64,000 nt of DNA from Candidatus Treponema equifaecale. Its GTDB lineage: Bacteria > Spirochaetota > Spirochaetia > Treponematales > Treponemataceae. Location: NCBI GenBank assembly GCA_018064905.1, contig JAGHUJ010000052.1, positions 13,998-77,997 on the forward strand. Direction: 5' to 3'. Shown here piece after piece: positions 19,361 through 28,167 of this stretch. Within the stretch, counting starts at the first letter, position 1. Each line of letters starts with the position of its first letter. The notes beneath the pieces were generated by a model. It was not told the DNA's origin. It ran no database searches and saw nothing but the letters and a program-made list of their open reading frames with translations. The position numbers and the translations under genes were made by a program.

Positions 19361-21817
19361 ATGAAAAAAGGCACAGTTGCATTTCTTACTCGCTCTCTGA
19401 TTGATGCTACAGGTACAAACATGTGGCGTGGTCTTGTTGAAAAATGTAAGGAAAATAAAGTCCCCGTAATCACATTCCGTGGTCCAGTTCTTGGGCAGGG
19501 TGCAGGTTCTATTATTTACAACATCATTGAAGACGGTGTTTTTGACGGCGTTGTGAGCTGGGCTTCTTCCGATGTTACAGATGAAACAATGAACTATTAC
19601 AAAAAGTTCAACAAAAGCCATCTGGTCTGCATGACATTTAAAGTTCCTGGAAAACCTGTTATCTATGCTGACTGCCGTACTGGTATGCTGGATCTGATGA
19701 ACCATCTTATTGAAGTTCACGGTCTTACAAAAATTGCATTCCTTCGTGGTCCGGCTGTTCATATGTATGCAAAGGAACGATACGAAGCCTACATGGAAGC
19801 TCTCAAAAATCACGGTCTTAAGATTGACCAGCGCCTGATTACTGAACCTGGCGGATGGGCTATTGCTGACGGTGCGAAGGGTGTAAAGGCCATTACTGAC
19901 CGCGGTGTTAAAATTGGAAAGGATGTTGAGGCCTTTGTCTGCGTTGGTGACAATGTTGCTATCGGTGCTCAGGAATATTTGATTCAGGAAGGTTATTCTG
20001 TTCCGTATGATGTTGTTGTCTGCGGCTTTAACGGTACTGACGATGCGGCTTTCTGTAACCCGCCTATCACTTCTGTTGAAATGCCTTTTGTTGGTCTTGG
20101 CCACCGTTCTTATCAGACGATTGCAGATTGTCTTGCCGGAAAACCTGTTCCTTCTGAATTCAGATATGAGACTAAGCTCAGGCTTGGTGAATCATGCGGC
20201 TGTAAATCTGAAAATGTTTTGAACGCCACATCTGAGCTTCGTTCTACTGAAGATGATGCTTCTTCTAAAAAATCATTTTTTGGAAAGACAAAAACTGCTG
20301 CAAAGTCTCGTTCAAAGGCTGATGTTGAGGCGGTTTTTAAAGGTTCTGCATGGAAAGATGAAACCACTAAAGCAATCATGGACAAGATTTCTTCTTCCCG
20401 TGGTGCAACAGAAAAGCTTAAGGAATTCTTCAGAACTCAGATTGCAACAATGCTTCCAAAATACATTGACTCTGTGCTTTCTGAAAGTGTGGTTGGTTCT
20501 GAATTTGTTCTTGAATTTACCAAGAATCTGAACGTGTTCCTGAAGCGCTCGGCTGATTTTGCTCACTGGCAGAATTTTATTTCTATATTGAATAAAAAAT
20601 CTGACGAGGCTGTGTACAATTCCAAGCTGGAAAAGGTTGCTGAAAATATTCTTCAGCAGTGCCGTGTCCTGATTCACGAATATGATGTTCGTTCTCAGAA
20701 GCAGAGCTCGTTGATTGCTTCCCGTTTTGAGGCTGATTTGCGCCAGACCAGTGCTGAGCTTTTGGCAAGCTACGACATTAAGGAACTTATGAACATTCTT
20801 CAGAAGAATTTGAAGAAGCTTAAGATTCCTGGAGTTTATGTTGTTCTTTATGATGATGAAGCCTTTGCACGAAAAGAAACTGCTACTCCAAAAAACAGCA
20901 GGCTGATTATGGCCATTCGTGACAATGAAAGACTTTCTATTCCTGAGGACGGCGTAAGCTTTGCTACAAAGGATATTGTTCCAGACCAGTATCTGCCGCT
21001 TTCTGCTTCATATTCGCTTATTGCAGAATCTTTGCATTTCCAGAGCAATCTGATCGGTTACATTGTGTTCCAGGAAGGTCCGGACAAGGGTGCTTCTTAT
21101 GCTGCATTGCGTGACCAGCTTTCAAGTTCTCTCTACGGTGCTTTGCTGCTTCAGGAAAGAAACAAGAGCAAGGCTGAAGTTGAGAACGTTATGCGCACAA
21201 TGACTGTAAAGGCTGATGTTGTTTCTGAAAACTCAATGCAGATTTCTCAGAACGTTTCCACAATTTCAAATCAGATGGAAAACTTTACCGGTTCCATCAA
21301 GACTATTTCTGGTAATGTTGACACTGTTGCTGACACTGTAAAGAACGCAAGTCAGATGATGATCGATGCGGACAATGCCATTAATGTGCTTGTGGACAGT
21401 ACAAAACAGATTTCTGACGCTGTAAACATGATCATCAACATTGCTGAAACTACGAATGTTCTGGCTTTGAACGCATCTATTGAGGCCAGCCATGCAGGTG
21501 AAGCTGGAAAAGGCTTTAGCGTTGTTGCCAAGGAAGTTAAGGTTCTGGCAGCCCAGACGGTTGATGCTACTGGCCGAATCCGTGATCTTGTTTCAAAGAA
21601 CACTGAAAATACAATCAATACAAAGAAGGTTATTGATGTGACAAAGGATTCAATCAAGACTATTGCGGGGCTTTCAGAAGAAATCAGAACTTCCATCAAC
21701 AGTCAGGTTCAGACTTCTTCAGAAATTTCTTCACAACTTTCCAGCGTAACTGGCGGAACTGCGGAAATTTCTCAGGCAATCAGTGAAATTGCAAAGCTTG
21801 GCGACAAAATCCAGTAA
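19361..21817 (+). CDS. Soluble chemoreceptor: LacI-type sugar-binding domain fused to an MCP signalling domain
   Basis: N-terminal KIAFLRGP...[12 protein letters not shown]...VCGFNG...PPITSVEMP; C-terminal [34 protein letters not shown]; no TM segment. Confidence 0.85.
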   Translation: MKKGTVAFLTRSLIDATGTNMWRGLVEKCKENKVPVITFRGPVLGQGAGSIIYNIIEDGVFDGVVSWASSDVTDETMNYYKKFNKSHLVCMTFKVPGKPVIYADCRTGMLDLMNHLIEVHGLTKIAFLRGPAVHMYAKERYEAYMEALKNHGLKIDQRLITEPGGWAIADGAKGVKAITDRGVKIGKDVEAFVCVGDNVAIGAQEYLIQEGYSVPYDVVVCGFNGTDDAAFCNPPITSVEMPFVGLGHRSYQTIADCLAGKPVPSEFRYETKLRLGESCGCKSENVLNATSELRSTEDDASSKKSFFGKTKTAAKSRSKADVEAVFKGSAWKDETTKAIMDKISSSRGATEKLKEFFRTQIATMLPKYIDSVLSESVVGSEFVLEFTKNLNVFLKRSADFAHWQNFISILNKKSDEAVYNSKLEKVAENILQQCRVLIHEYDVRSQKQSSLIASRFEADLRQTSAELLASYDIKELMNILQKNLKKLKIPGVYVVLYDDEAFARKETATPKNSRLIMAIRDNERLSIPEDGVSFATKDIVPDQYLPLSASYSLIAESLHFQSNLIGYIVFQEGPDKGASYAALRDQLSSSLYGALLLQERNKSKAEVENVMRTMTVKADVVSENSMQISQNVSTISNQMENFTGSIKTISGNVDTVADTVKNASQMMIDADNAINVLVDSTKQISDAVNMIINIAETTNVLALNASIEASHAGEAGKGFSVVAKEVKVLAAQTVDATGRIRDLVSKNTENTINTKKVIDVTKDSIKTIAGLSEEIRTSINSQVQTSSEISSQLSSVTGGTAEISQAISEIAKLGDKIQ

Positions 21818-21866
21818 ATTTTGTAGAATGTTGAATTGTCAAAAATAGAAAAAATTGGAGATAAAA

Positions 21867-22739
21867 ATGGATAAATTAAGAATTCTTCTGGCAAAGGGCC
21901 GAATTTATGAATCGGTTTACGGACTTTTGAGTGATGTTGGTATTTCAATTCACTTGCCGGACAGAACATATTTTCCAACAACAAATCAGGAAGACCTGGC
22001 TTTTCAGGTTGTAAAGCCACAGATTACCTCTGCACTTTTGGCTCAGAACAAGGCTGATGTTGGTTTTTCTGGAAAAGACTGGGTTTATGAAAACGGTGTT
22101 CAGGATGATGTAGTTGAAATCATGGATTTTGGTTTTGATCCTGTCCGCATCGTTGCAGCAATTCCAAACACTGTTGATTTCGACAAGCTTTTGGCTGGAA
22201 AAGTTACAATCGCAACTGAATATCAGAACCTTTCTAAAAAGTGGGTTGAAGAAAAGAAAGTTGACGGAACAATTTTCCGTACATGGGGAACTTCTGAAGG
22301 CTTTGTTCAGGACAACGAAGAGTCTCTGGCTCAGATTCTGATTGACAACACTTCAACTGGTTCGTCACTTCGCGCAAACAACCTTAAAATCGTTGATACA
22401 TTGATGACTTCTTCTACAAGAATGTACGCATCAAAAGAAGCAATGGCTGATCCAGAAAAGAAACAGAAAATCATGGAACTCAAAATGCTCTTTGAATCTG
22501 TTTTGAACGCAAGAAGCCGTGTAATGCTTGAAATGAACGTTGCAAAGGACAAAATCGACGGTCTTATCAAGGGAATTCCTTCAATGAAGAGTCCGACTGT
22601 TGCACCATTGTACGGAGACGACGGCTTTGCAGTAAAAATTGCCGTAAAGAAAAGCGAAGTTCCAACACTTCTTCCAAAACTCCAGTCATTGGGTGCCACA
22701 GACATCCTTGAATACGCACTTAGAAAAGTTATGCTGTAA
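21867..22739 (+). CDS. hisG: ATP phosphoribosyltransferase (long form)
   Basis: LAKGRI, DVGFSGKDW, IATEY, DNTSTGSSLRANNL and a C-terminal ACT-like domain with SPTV; start moved to ATG 21867 after GGAG. Confidence 0.93.
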   Translation: MDKLRILLAKGRIYESVYGLLSDVGISIHLPDRTYFPTTNQEDLAFQVVKPQITSALLAQNKADVGFSGKDWVYENGVQDDVVEIMDFGFDPVRIVAAIPNTVDFDKLLAGKVTIATEYQNLSKKWVEEKKVDGTIFRTWGTSEGFVQDNEESLAQILIDNTSTGSSLRANNLKIVDTLMTSSTRMYASKEAMADPEKKQKIMELKMLFESVLNARSRVMLEMNVAKDKIDGLIKGIPSMKSPTVAPLYGDDGFAVKIAVKKSEVPTLLPKLQSLGATDILEYALRKVML

Positions 22740-22747
22740 GGGAAAAT

Positions 22748-23362
22748 ATGAGAACTGCTACTGTTGAACGAAACACTGGGGAAACTCAGATAAAATTGAC
22801 TTTGAATCTTGATGGAACTGGAAAATGTTCTGTTGAGAATCCTATTGGTTTTTTTGACCACCTTTTAAAGTCATTCTGCAAGCACGGACTTTTTGATTTG
22901 TCCGGCACAATCAAAGGTGACCTGAATGTGGATCAGCATCACACTATAGAAGATACAGGCATTGTTCTTGGTCAGTGCTTTGCAAAGGCTCTGGGTGATT
23001 GCGCTGGTATTTTCAGAAGCGGATCATTCCTTTATCCAATGGATGAGGCTTTGCTTCAGGCTGCTGTAGATTTTGGCGGCAGACCATATCTTGTTTGTAA
23101 TGCTGATTTAACAAACATCCCACTGGTAAGTGTTCAGGACGGCAAGCAGGGTACTTTCCAGACAGATTGTTTTGACGATTTCTGGAACGGTTTTGTTCAG
23201 GCTGCAAAATGTAATCTTCATCTGGATACAGTTCGTGGTCGCTCGGATCATCATAAAATGGAAGGTTTGTTCAAGGCTGCAGCAAGGGCAATCCGCAGTG
23301 CTGTAGAAATTGATTCAAGAAGAAACGGCGAAGTTCCAAGCACAAAAGGAACTATCGTTTAG
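22748..23362 (+). CDS. hisB: Imidazoleglycerol-phosphate dehydratase
   Basis: RNTGETQI, DQHHTIED, PMDEAL, DHHKMEGLFKA motifs. Confidence 0.95.
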   Translation: MRTATVERNTGETQIKLTLNLDGTGKCSVENPIGFFDHLLKSFCKHGLFDLSGTIKGDLNVDQHHTIEDTGIVLGQCFAKALGDCAGIFRSGSFLYPMDEALLQAAVDFGGRPYLVCNADLTNIPLVSVQDGKQGTFQTDCFDDFWNGFVQAAKCNLHLDTVRGRSDHHKMEGLFKAAARAIRSAVEIDSRRNGEVPSTKGTIV

Positions 23363-23377
23363 TTATAGGGGATAAAA

Positions 23378-23872
23378 ATGGACGGAAAAGAAGAGATTCT
23401 TGATTTGCTGCGTGAAAATGCACGCCTTTCAGTTGAAGACATTTCGGCAATGACAAAAAAGTCTTGCGATGATGTTAAAAAAATTATCAAGTCTCTTGAA
23501 GACGAAGGAATCATCTTAAAGTACGCCGCGATTGTAAACCCAGAAAAAGACGTCAGTGCAAAGGGTAAGGTAATGGCAGAAATTGAAATTCAGTGCCAGC
23601 CTGAACGCGAACACGGGTTTGATGCCCTTGCAGAGCGAATTTACCGTTTCCCACAGGTTAAGTCACTTTATTTAATGAGCGGCGGCTACGACCTTAAGGT
23701 TGTAATTGAAGGCGATGACCTTCGTGAAGTTGCGTCATTTGTAGCCCAGAAACTTTCAACTTTAAGCGGTGTGCGCTCAACAAAAACCCACTTCCTGCTG
23801 AAAACCTACAAAGAAAACGACGTTCTTTATGTAGAAGATGAATCAGACAGACGCGAAGGGGTTATGGCGTAA
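23378..23872 (+). CDS. Lrp/AsnC family transcriptional regulator
   Basis: ILDLLRENARLS HTH; YLMSGGYDL, TKTHFLLK motifs. Confidence 0.92.
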   Translation: MDGKEEILDLLRENARLSVEDISAMTKKSCDDVKKIIKSLEDEGIILKYAAIVNPEKDVSAKGKVMAEIEIQCQPEREHGFDALAERIYRFPQVKSLYLMSGGYDLKVVIEGDDLREVASFVAQKLSTLSGVRSTKTHFLLKTYKENDVLYVEDESDRREGVMA

Positions 23873-23875
23873 GGA

Positions 23876-23903
23876 AAACTAAAAGTTAAGAGCTAAAAGT
23901 TAA
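23876..23903 (+). repeat. Heptamer array (4 units)
   Basis: aaactaa aagttaa gagctaa aagttaa. Confidence 0.6.
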
Positions 23904-23924
23904 AAGGGGAATTCTGATTGTAGC

Positions 23925-24267
23925 CGGTGGTTGAGCTCGGTCGAAACCACCATTATCAAAGAATTTATGGAATACGGGTATACCTATATTTTGGAATGTT
24001 CTGATGGTTCATATTATGTTGGCAGTACAAACGATTTAGAGCGGAGAATTGCTCAGCATAATGCAGGAGAAGGATCTGAATATACTAAACCCAGGTTGCC
24101 TGTAAAGCTTGTATACTTTGAAGAATGTTTAAGCATAAAAGAAGCTTTTTTACGGGAAAAGCAGATACAAGGCTGGAGCAGAAAAAAACGTGAGGCGTTA
24201 ATTGAAAAGCAGCATGAAAAGTTGCCAGAACTTGCTAAAAAGGTGGTTTCGACAAGCTCAACCACCG
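23925..24267. mobile_element. Candidate REP-A/GIY-YIG cassette: inverted REP-A copies (23925-23951, 24242-24267) enclosing the nuclease core
   Basis: Left cggtggttgagctcggtcgaaaccacc; right reverse complement cggtggttgagcttgtcgaaaccacc. Mobility is inferred, not shown. Confidence 0.55.
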
Positions 24268-24353
24268 AAACTGCATCACCAGACTCTGGTATCGAAACTG
24301 CAGAACCAGGCTCTGGTACCGCTACAGCACTAAGCTCAATCACCCCAGATTGA
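23967..24353 (+). CDS. GIY-YIG nuclease (UPF0213/YhbQ-YazA-like) with repeat-derived C-terminal tail
   Basis: GYTYILECSDGSYYVGST, RRIAQHN, YTKPRLPVKLVYFEE, REKQIQGWSRKKREALI; start moved to ATG 23967; tail runs through REP-A and 27-bp repeats. Confidence 0.9.
   Translation: MEYGYTYILECSDGSYYVGSTNDLERRIAQHNAGEGSEYTKPRLPVKLVYFEECLSIKEAFLREKQIQGWSRKKREALIEKQHEKLPELAKKVVSTSSTTETASPDSGIETAEPGSGTATALSSITPD
24264..24344 (+). repeat. 27-bp tandem duplication plus degenerate REP-A arm
   Basis: accgaaactgcatcaccagactctggt (24264) and atcgaaactgcagaaccaggctctggt (24291); taagctcaatcacc at 24331-24344. Confidence 0.8.
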
Positions 24354-24383
24354 TAAAACCGTACAGCAACAGGAGTTTTAACT

Positions 24384-25553
24384 ATGAACAACAGACCAGA
24401 TAGATTTTCAACATCAATGATGAATATTCCGCCTAGTGGAATTCGTAAGTTTTTTGAGATGCTCATTGGGCATGATGATGTAATTTCCCTTTCAGTTGGT
24501 GAGCCTGACTTTCCTACTCCTTGGGTAATGCGTGAAGAAGCATATTATCACCTTGAAAAAGGCCACACTTCATATACTTCAAACTGGGGTTTAATCGAAC
24601 TCCGTGAAGAAATTGCAAAGTACATGGAACGCTACGGAATGTACTACAATCCAAAGAACGAAGTGCTTGTAACTGTTGGTGCTTCTGAAGGTGTTGATGC
24701 AGTTCTCCGTGCAATTTTGAATCCTGATGATGAAATCATTGTTGTTCAGCCATGTTATGTTAACTACACACCGCTTGCTGAGCTTTGTCAGGCAAAAATT
24801 GTTCCGATTGATTCAAGCGTAAACGGCTATTATCCAACTGCAGAACAGATTAAGGCTGCAATTACTCCAAAAACAAAGGCCGTAATGATCTGTTCTCCAA
24901 ACAACCCGACTGGAACAATGATTCCAAAGACTGAATTGGAAAAAATCGCAAAGGTTGTAGTAGAAAACAAAATCTGGTGTATTTCAGATGAAATTTACTG
25001 CGAGCTTGCCTACGAGGATGCTGAACACGTTTCAATCGGTTCTTTCCCTGGAATGAAGGATTATGCAATTATTCTTAACGGATTCTCAAAATCCTTTGCT
25101 ATGACTGGATGGCGTATCGGCTACATTGCTGCCTGTGCAGAGCTTCTTGCTCAGATTGTAAAGCTTCACGGCTACAACACAATCTGTGCTCCGATTTTCT
25201 CTCAGTATGCTGCTGTTGAAGGTTTGCGCCACGGCTGGAAAGATGTTGAAAAAATGCGCGTAAGCTATCAGCAGAGACGAAATTTAATGTACAAGGCTTT
25301 CTGTGACATGGGGCTTCCAGTTCCAGAGCCAACAGGTGCCTTCTATATGTTCCCGGATATCACTTCAACAGGTCTTACTTCTGAAGAATTTGCCACACAG
25401 CTTTTCCAGAAGCACAATGTTGCAGTAGTTCCTGGAAGTGTGTTCGGTCTTGGTGGTGAAGGTCATATCCGCTGTTGTTATGCAACCGGAATTGATAAAA
25501 TGAAAATCGCCCTGGACAGAATCGCTGAATTTGTCGCTGAATTAAAGAAATAG
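24384..25553 (+). CDS. Class I/II PLP-dependent aminotransferase (YugH/AspB-like)
   Basis: ISLSVGEPDF, SPNNPTG, ISDEIY, NGFSKSFAMTGWRIG motifs. Confidence 0.93.
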   Translation: MNNRPDRFSTSMMNIPPSGIRKFFEMLIGHDDVISLSVGEPDFPTPWVMREEAYYHLEKGHTSYTSNWGLIELREEIAKYMERYGMYYNPKNEVLVTVGASEGVDAVLRAILNPDDEIIVVQPCYVNYTPLAELCQAKIVPIDSSVNGYYPTAEQIKAAITPKTKAVMICSPNNPTGTMIPKTELEKIAKVVVENKIWCISDEIYCELAYEDAEHVSIGSFPGMKDYAIILNGFSKSFAMTGWRIGYIAACAELLAQIVKLHGYNTICAPIFSQYAAVEGLRHGWKDVEKMRVSYQQRRNLMYKAFCDMGLPVPEPTGAFYMFPDITSTGLTSEEFATQLFQKHNVAVVPGSVFGLGGEGHIRCCYATGIDKMKIALDRIAEFVAELKK

Positions 25554-25563
25554 ATGAAAATGA

Positions 25564-25727
25564 AATGGGGCTGTCTAATAGGTAATGATTTGTCATTTCG
25601 AGTGAAGTCGACAAGCACAATCGTTTTCGTGCTTGTTTGTAATCTATAATTCTTTGTATCACAATGATTTACAGACCTCTCCACTACGGTCGAGGTGACA
25701 CCTGCGAACTTTTAGGACAGCCCCATT
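25564..25727. mobile_element. MITE-like element, copy 1, with a 110-bp REP-B core (25591-25700)
   Basis: 12-bp terminal IR AATGGGGCTGTC/GACAGCCCCATT; core TGTCATTTCGA...TCGAGGTGACA; second copy at 27984. Confidence 0.7.
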
Positions 25728-25748
25728 AAGCATTACGAATTGTCGCCT

Positions 25749-26510
25749 TTATCTTCTTACTATAACAACCTGTTTTGAGCTGAAATAAGGCTCAGAAAAA
25801 TCCACCAGCTTTTTTCTTTCTTCTGTTACTGTCATTCCTGCTGCAATAAAGTCAATTGTTCCTGACTGGAGTGCTTCGATCAGGCTTCCGAATGACATAT
25901 CGATTATGTGAAGTCTTTTTCCGTTGTTTTTTGCAATCAATTCACCCAAAGAAGCGTCAAAACCTACAACTTTTGTGCCTTCTGTGTATTCAAATGGTGG
26001 AAAGGACGCATTTGTTCCCATTTTCAGAACCTCGTTTGAATCAGCCGGTTCAATTTTTGGAATGACGACGTTTCCATCCAGGGGCATGAATTTTCTTATC
26101 ATCGCAAGATAAGTTCCGTCCTTGTGAATCGCATCTATGGTTTTGTTCACCTTTTCCAAAAGCTCTGAATTTCCTTTTTTTACAGCGATGGCATATTCTT
26201 CAAATTTTAACTGCAGATCGATTACTTTTAAATCTGGATTTTCTTTTGCCAGCTGCCTTGCCGGAAGCTCATCAAGCATCACAACATCAACTGTTTTGTT
26301 CTTTAATGCCAATGCCGCTTCACTTCCTGTTCTAAATGGAACTGTGTTTGCGCCCTTCAGGTCATTCAGCAGAAAATCTTCACCAGTTGTTCCAGCTTGA
26401 CAGCCGATTTTAAGCCCATTCAAGTCTGAAACCGTGGAAACAACAATCTGTCTGGAGCAGCCGAATAAAAAAAGAGAAGCGAATAGCAATGGAGAAAGAA
26501 ACTTTTTCAT
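25749..26510 (-). CDS. Polar amino acid ABC substrate-binding lipoprotein (circularly permuted SBP_bac_3)
   Basis: Lipobox LFGC; GTNASFPPFEY...GMTVTEERKKLVDFSEPY lies C-terminal to DLNGLKIGCQAGTTG...YAIAVKKGN; start moved to ATG 26510. Confidence 0.85.
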   Translation of the reverse strand: MKKFLSPLLFASLFLFGCSRQIVVSTVSDLNGLKIGCQAGTTGEDFLLNDLKGANTVPFRTGSEAALALKNKTVDVVMLDELPARQLAKENPDLKVIDLQLKFEEYAIAVKKGNSELLEKVNKTIDAIHKDGTYLAMIRKFMPLDGNVVIPKIEPADSNEVLKMGTNASFPPFEYTEGTKVVGFDASLGELIAKNNGKRLHIIDMSFGSLIEALQSGTIDFIAAGMTVTEERKKLVDFSEPYFSSKQVVIVRR

Positions 26511-26608
26511 ATAATGATTACCGTGTTTAAAAGTTATTTTAAGATTATAGCACACTTTATAAATTTTTGGTTTATTTTTCCTGAATTTTGGCCGATAATT
26601 GAAATAAT

Positions 26609-27946
26609 ATGGAATCTTTCTCTTTAATTGTAGCTATAGCGATAATTGTAGCGTTCGGAACTATTTTAATTGCATTCTCTACTCGTAAAAAATCTGGAAA
26701 AAAGGGCAAGCAGAAGGGCCGTGCTCAGATAATCAAGGAAGCCACAAGAAAGCTTTCTCAGGACCCACACAATCCTGACGGACTTATTTCCCTTGGTGAA
26801 CTTTATTTCAACGAGCGTGCCTGGGACAAAGCCTATCCAATTTACGAAACACAGCTGAACGTAGCGCCTGCTCACAAGGAAATCGATCCATTTAAAGCTG
26901 CTCTTCGACAGGGTATCTGTGCAGTAAAGCTGAACAAGCTTCAGGATGCCTTCAGAGGTTTGAGCGCGGCATACAATATAAATCCTAATGATTATGAAGT
27001 GAACTATTATCTTGGCCTTGCATGCTACAAGAACAATGAATTTGAAAAGGCGACTCCAAGATTCAAGAAAGTTGTAGTCCTTAAACCGGATGCAGCAAAC
27101 ATAAACGGACCTCTGGGACTTTCTCTCTACAAGGCAAAGCATTACAAAGAATCTCTGGGCTACTTGAAAAAGGCGCTGGATGAAAATCCTGAGAACAAGG
27201 AAGCTTTGTTTGCAATGGCTGATGCGATGAATGAAAGCGGATATGGTGACAAGGCCATGAAAGTTTTCCTTCATCTTCGTCCGGATCCAGAATTTGGTGC
27301 CCGTTCTTGTCTTGCTGCAGGTATGTTCCATTTAAAGACAAATCAGCAGGAAAAAGCGATTCAGGATTTTGAAATTGGTCTTAAGCACCAGAATATGACG
27401 CAGGATGTTGCTCTGGAAATTCGTTACAGACTTGCAAACGCATATTTTTCAATGAACGCCATCTCAAAAGGTATTGGCGTTTTGAGTGAAATTCAGGCCA
27501 TGAATCCTCAGTACAAGGATGTTCCTCAGCTTCTGGCACGCTATCAGGAGTTGAACCAGAACAAGAACCTGCAGGTTTATCTGATGGCCAGTTCCAGCGA
27601 TTATGTTGCTCTTTGCCGCCGTGTAGTAATGTTCTTCTACCAGAAGGCTGTGGCAAAGATTGTGGATATTTCCGTAACTCCAGAATGTGTAGAAATTCTT
27701 ATGAATGTTGAATTTGTCCGTTCTGAAGAAGTTCATGTGTTCCGTTTTTACAGAACGACTGGTGTTACTTCGGACTTCAATATCCGTGACCTGCACGCAA
27801 AGGTTTCTGAAACTAAGGCCGACAAGGGCGTATGTATTACCGCAGGTTTGTTCAGTGACGAGGCCAGAAGATATGCAGAAGGCCGCCCAATCGATTTGAT
27901 TGAAAAAGAAGGTCTGGTAAGAATCCTTAAAAAGATTGAAATGTAG
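26609..27946 (+). CDS. Membrane-anchored TPR protein with C-terminal Mrr-like domain
   Basis: N-terminal TM, multiple TPRs, C-terminal ADKGVCITAGLFSDEARRYAEGRPIDLI. Confidence 0.8.
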   Translation: MESFSLIVAIAIIVAFGTILIAFSTRKKSGKKGKQKGRAQIIKEATRKLSQDPHNPDGLISLGELYFNERAWDKAYPIYETQLNVAPAHKEIDPFKAALRQGICAVKLNKLQDAFRGLSAAYNINPNDYEVNYYLGLACYKNNEFEKATPRFKKVVVLKPDAANINGPLGLSLYKAKHYKESLGYLKKALDENPENKEALFAMADAMNESGYGDKAMKVFLHLRPDPEFGARSCLAAGMFHLKTNQQEKAIQDFEIGLKHQNMTQDVALEIRYRLANAYFSMNAISKGIGVLSEIQAMNPQYKDVPQLLARYQELNQNKNLQVYLMASSSDYVALCRRVVMFFYQKAVAKIVDISVTPECVEILMNVEFVRSEEVHVFRFYRTTGVTSDFNIRDLHAKVSETKADKGVCITAGLFSDEARRYAEGRPIDLIEKEGLVRILKKIEM

Positions 27947-27983
27947 CTTTTTAAAAAAGACAATATGTTGAAAAGATAAAAAA

Positions 27984-28142
27984 GTGGGACGTCCAATAAG
28001 TAGTAATTTGTCATTTCGACCGAAGTCGACAAGCACAATCGTTGTCGTGCTTGTTTGTAATCTATAATTCTTTGTATTACAAGAATTTATAGACCTCTCG
28101 ACCATGCTCGAGGTGACATTTTTAAACTTTTGGGACAGCCCC
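27984..28142. mobile_element. MITE-like element, copy 2, with a 110-bp REP-B core (28009-28118)
   Basis: Aligns along its length with 25567-25724; right end GGGACAGCCCC intact, left end diverged. Confidence 0.7.
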
Positions 28143-28167
28143 TTTTTTATTTTAAACTTATCTTGCG

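Noticed and set aside
19274-20104. 276-aa antisense ORF
   Set aside because: Shadow of the chemoreceptor gene with no recognisable motifs.
23967-24353. GIY-YIG gene as an intron-encoded homing endonuclease
   Set aside because: No intron features, no interrupted exon pair, and no C-terminal DNA-binding domain.
24384-25553. Aminotransferase as hisC because it follows hisG-hisB
   Set aside because: PLP motif NGFSKSFAMTGWR is AspB/YugH-type rather than the HisC RTFSK pattern; a HisC role cannot be supported from sequence.
26666-28105. Antisense ORFs of 221 and 213 aa
   Set aside because: Shadows of the TPR gene; one begins in the MITE-like repeat.
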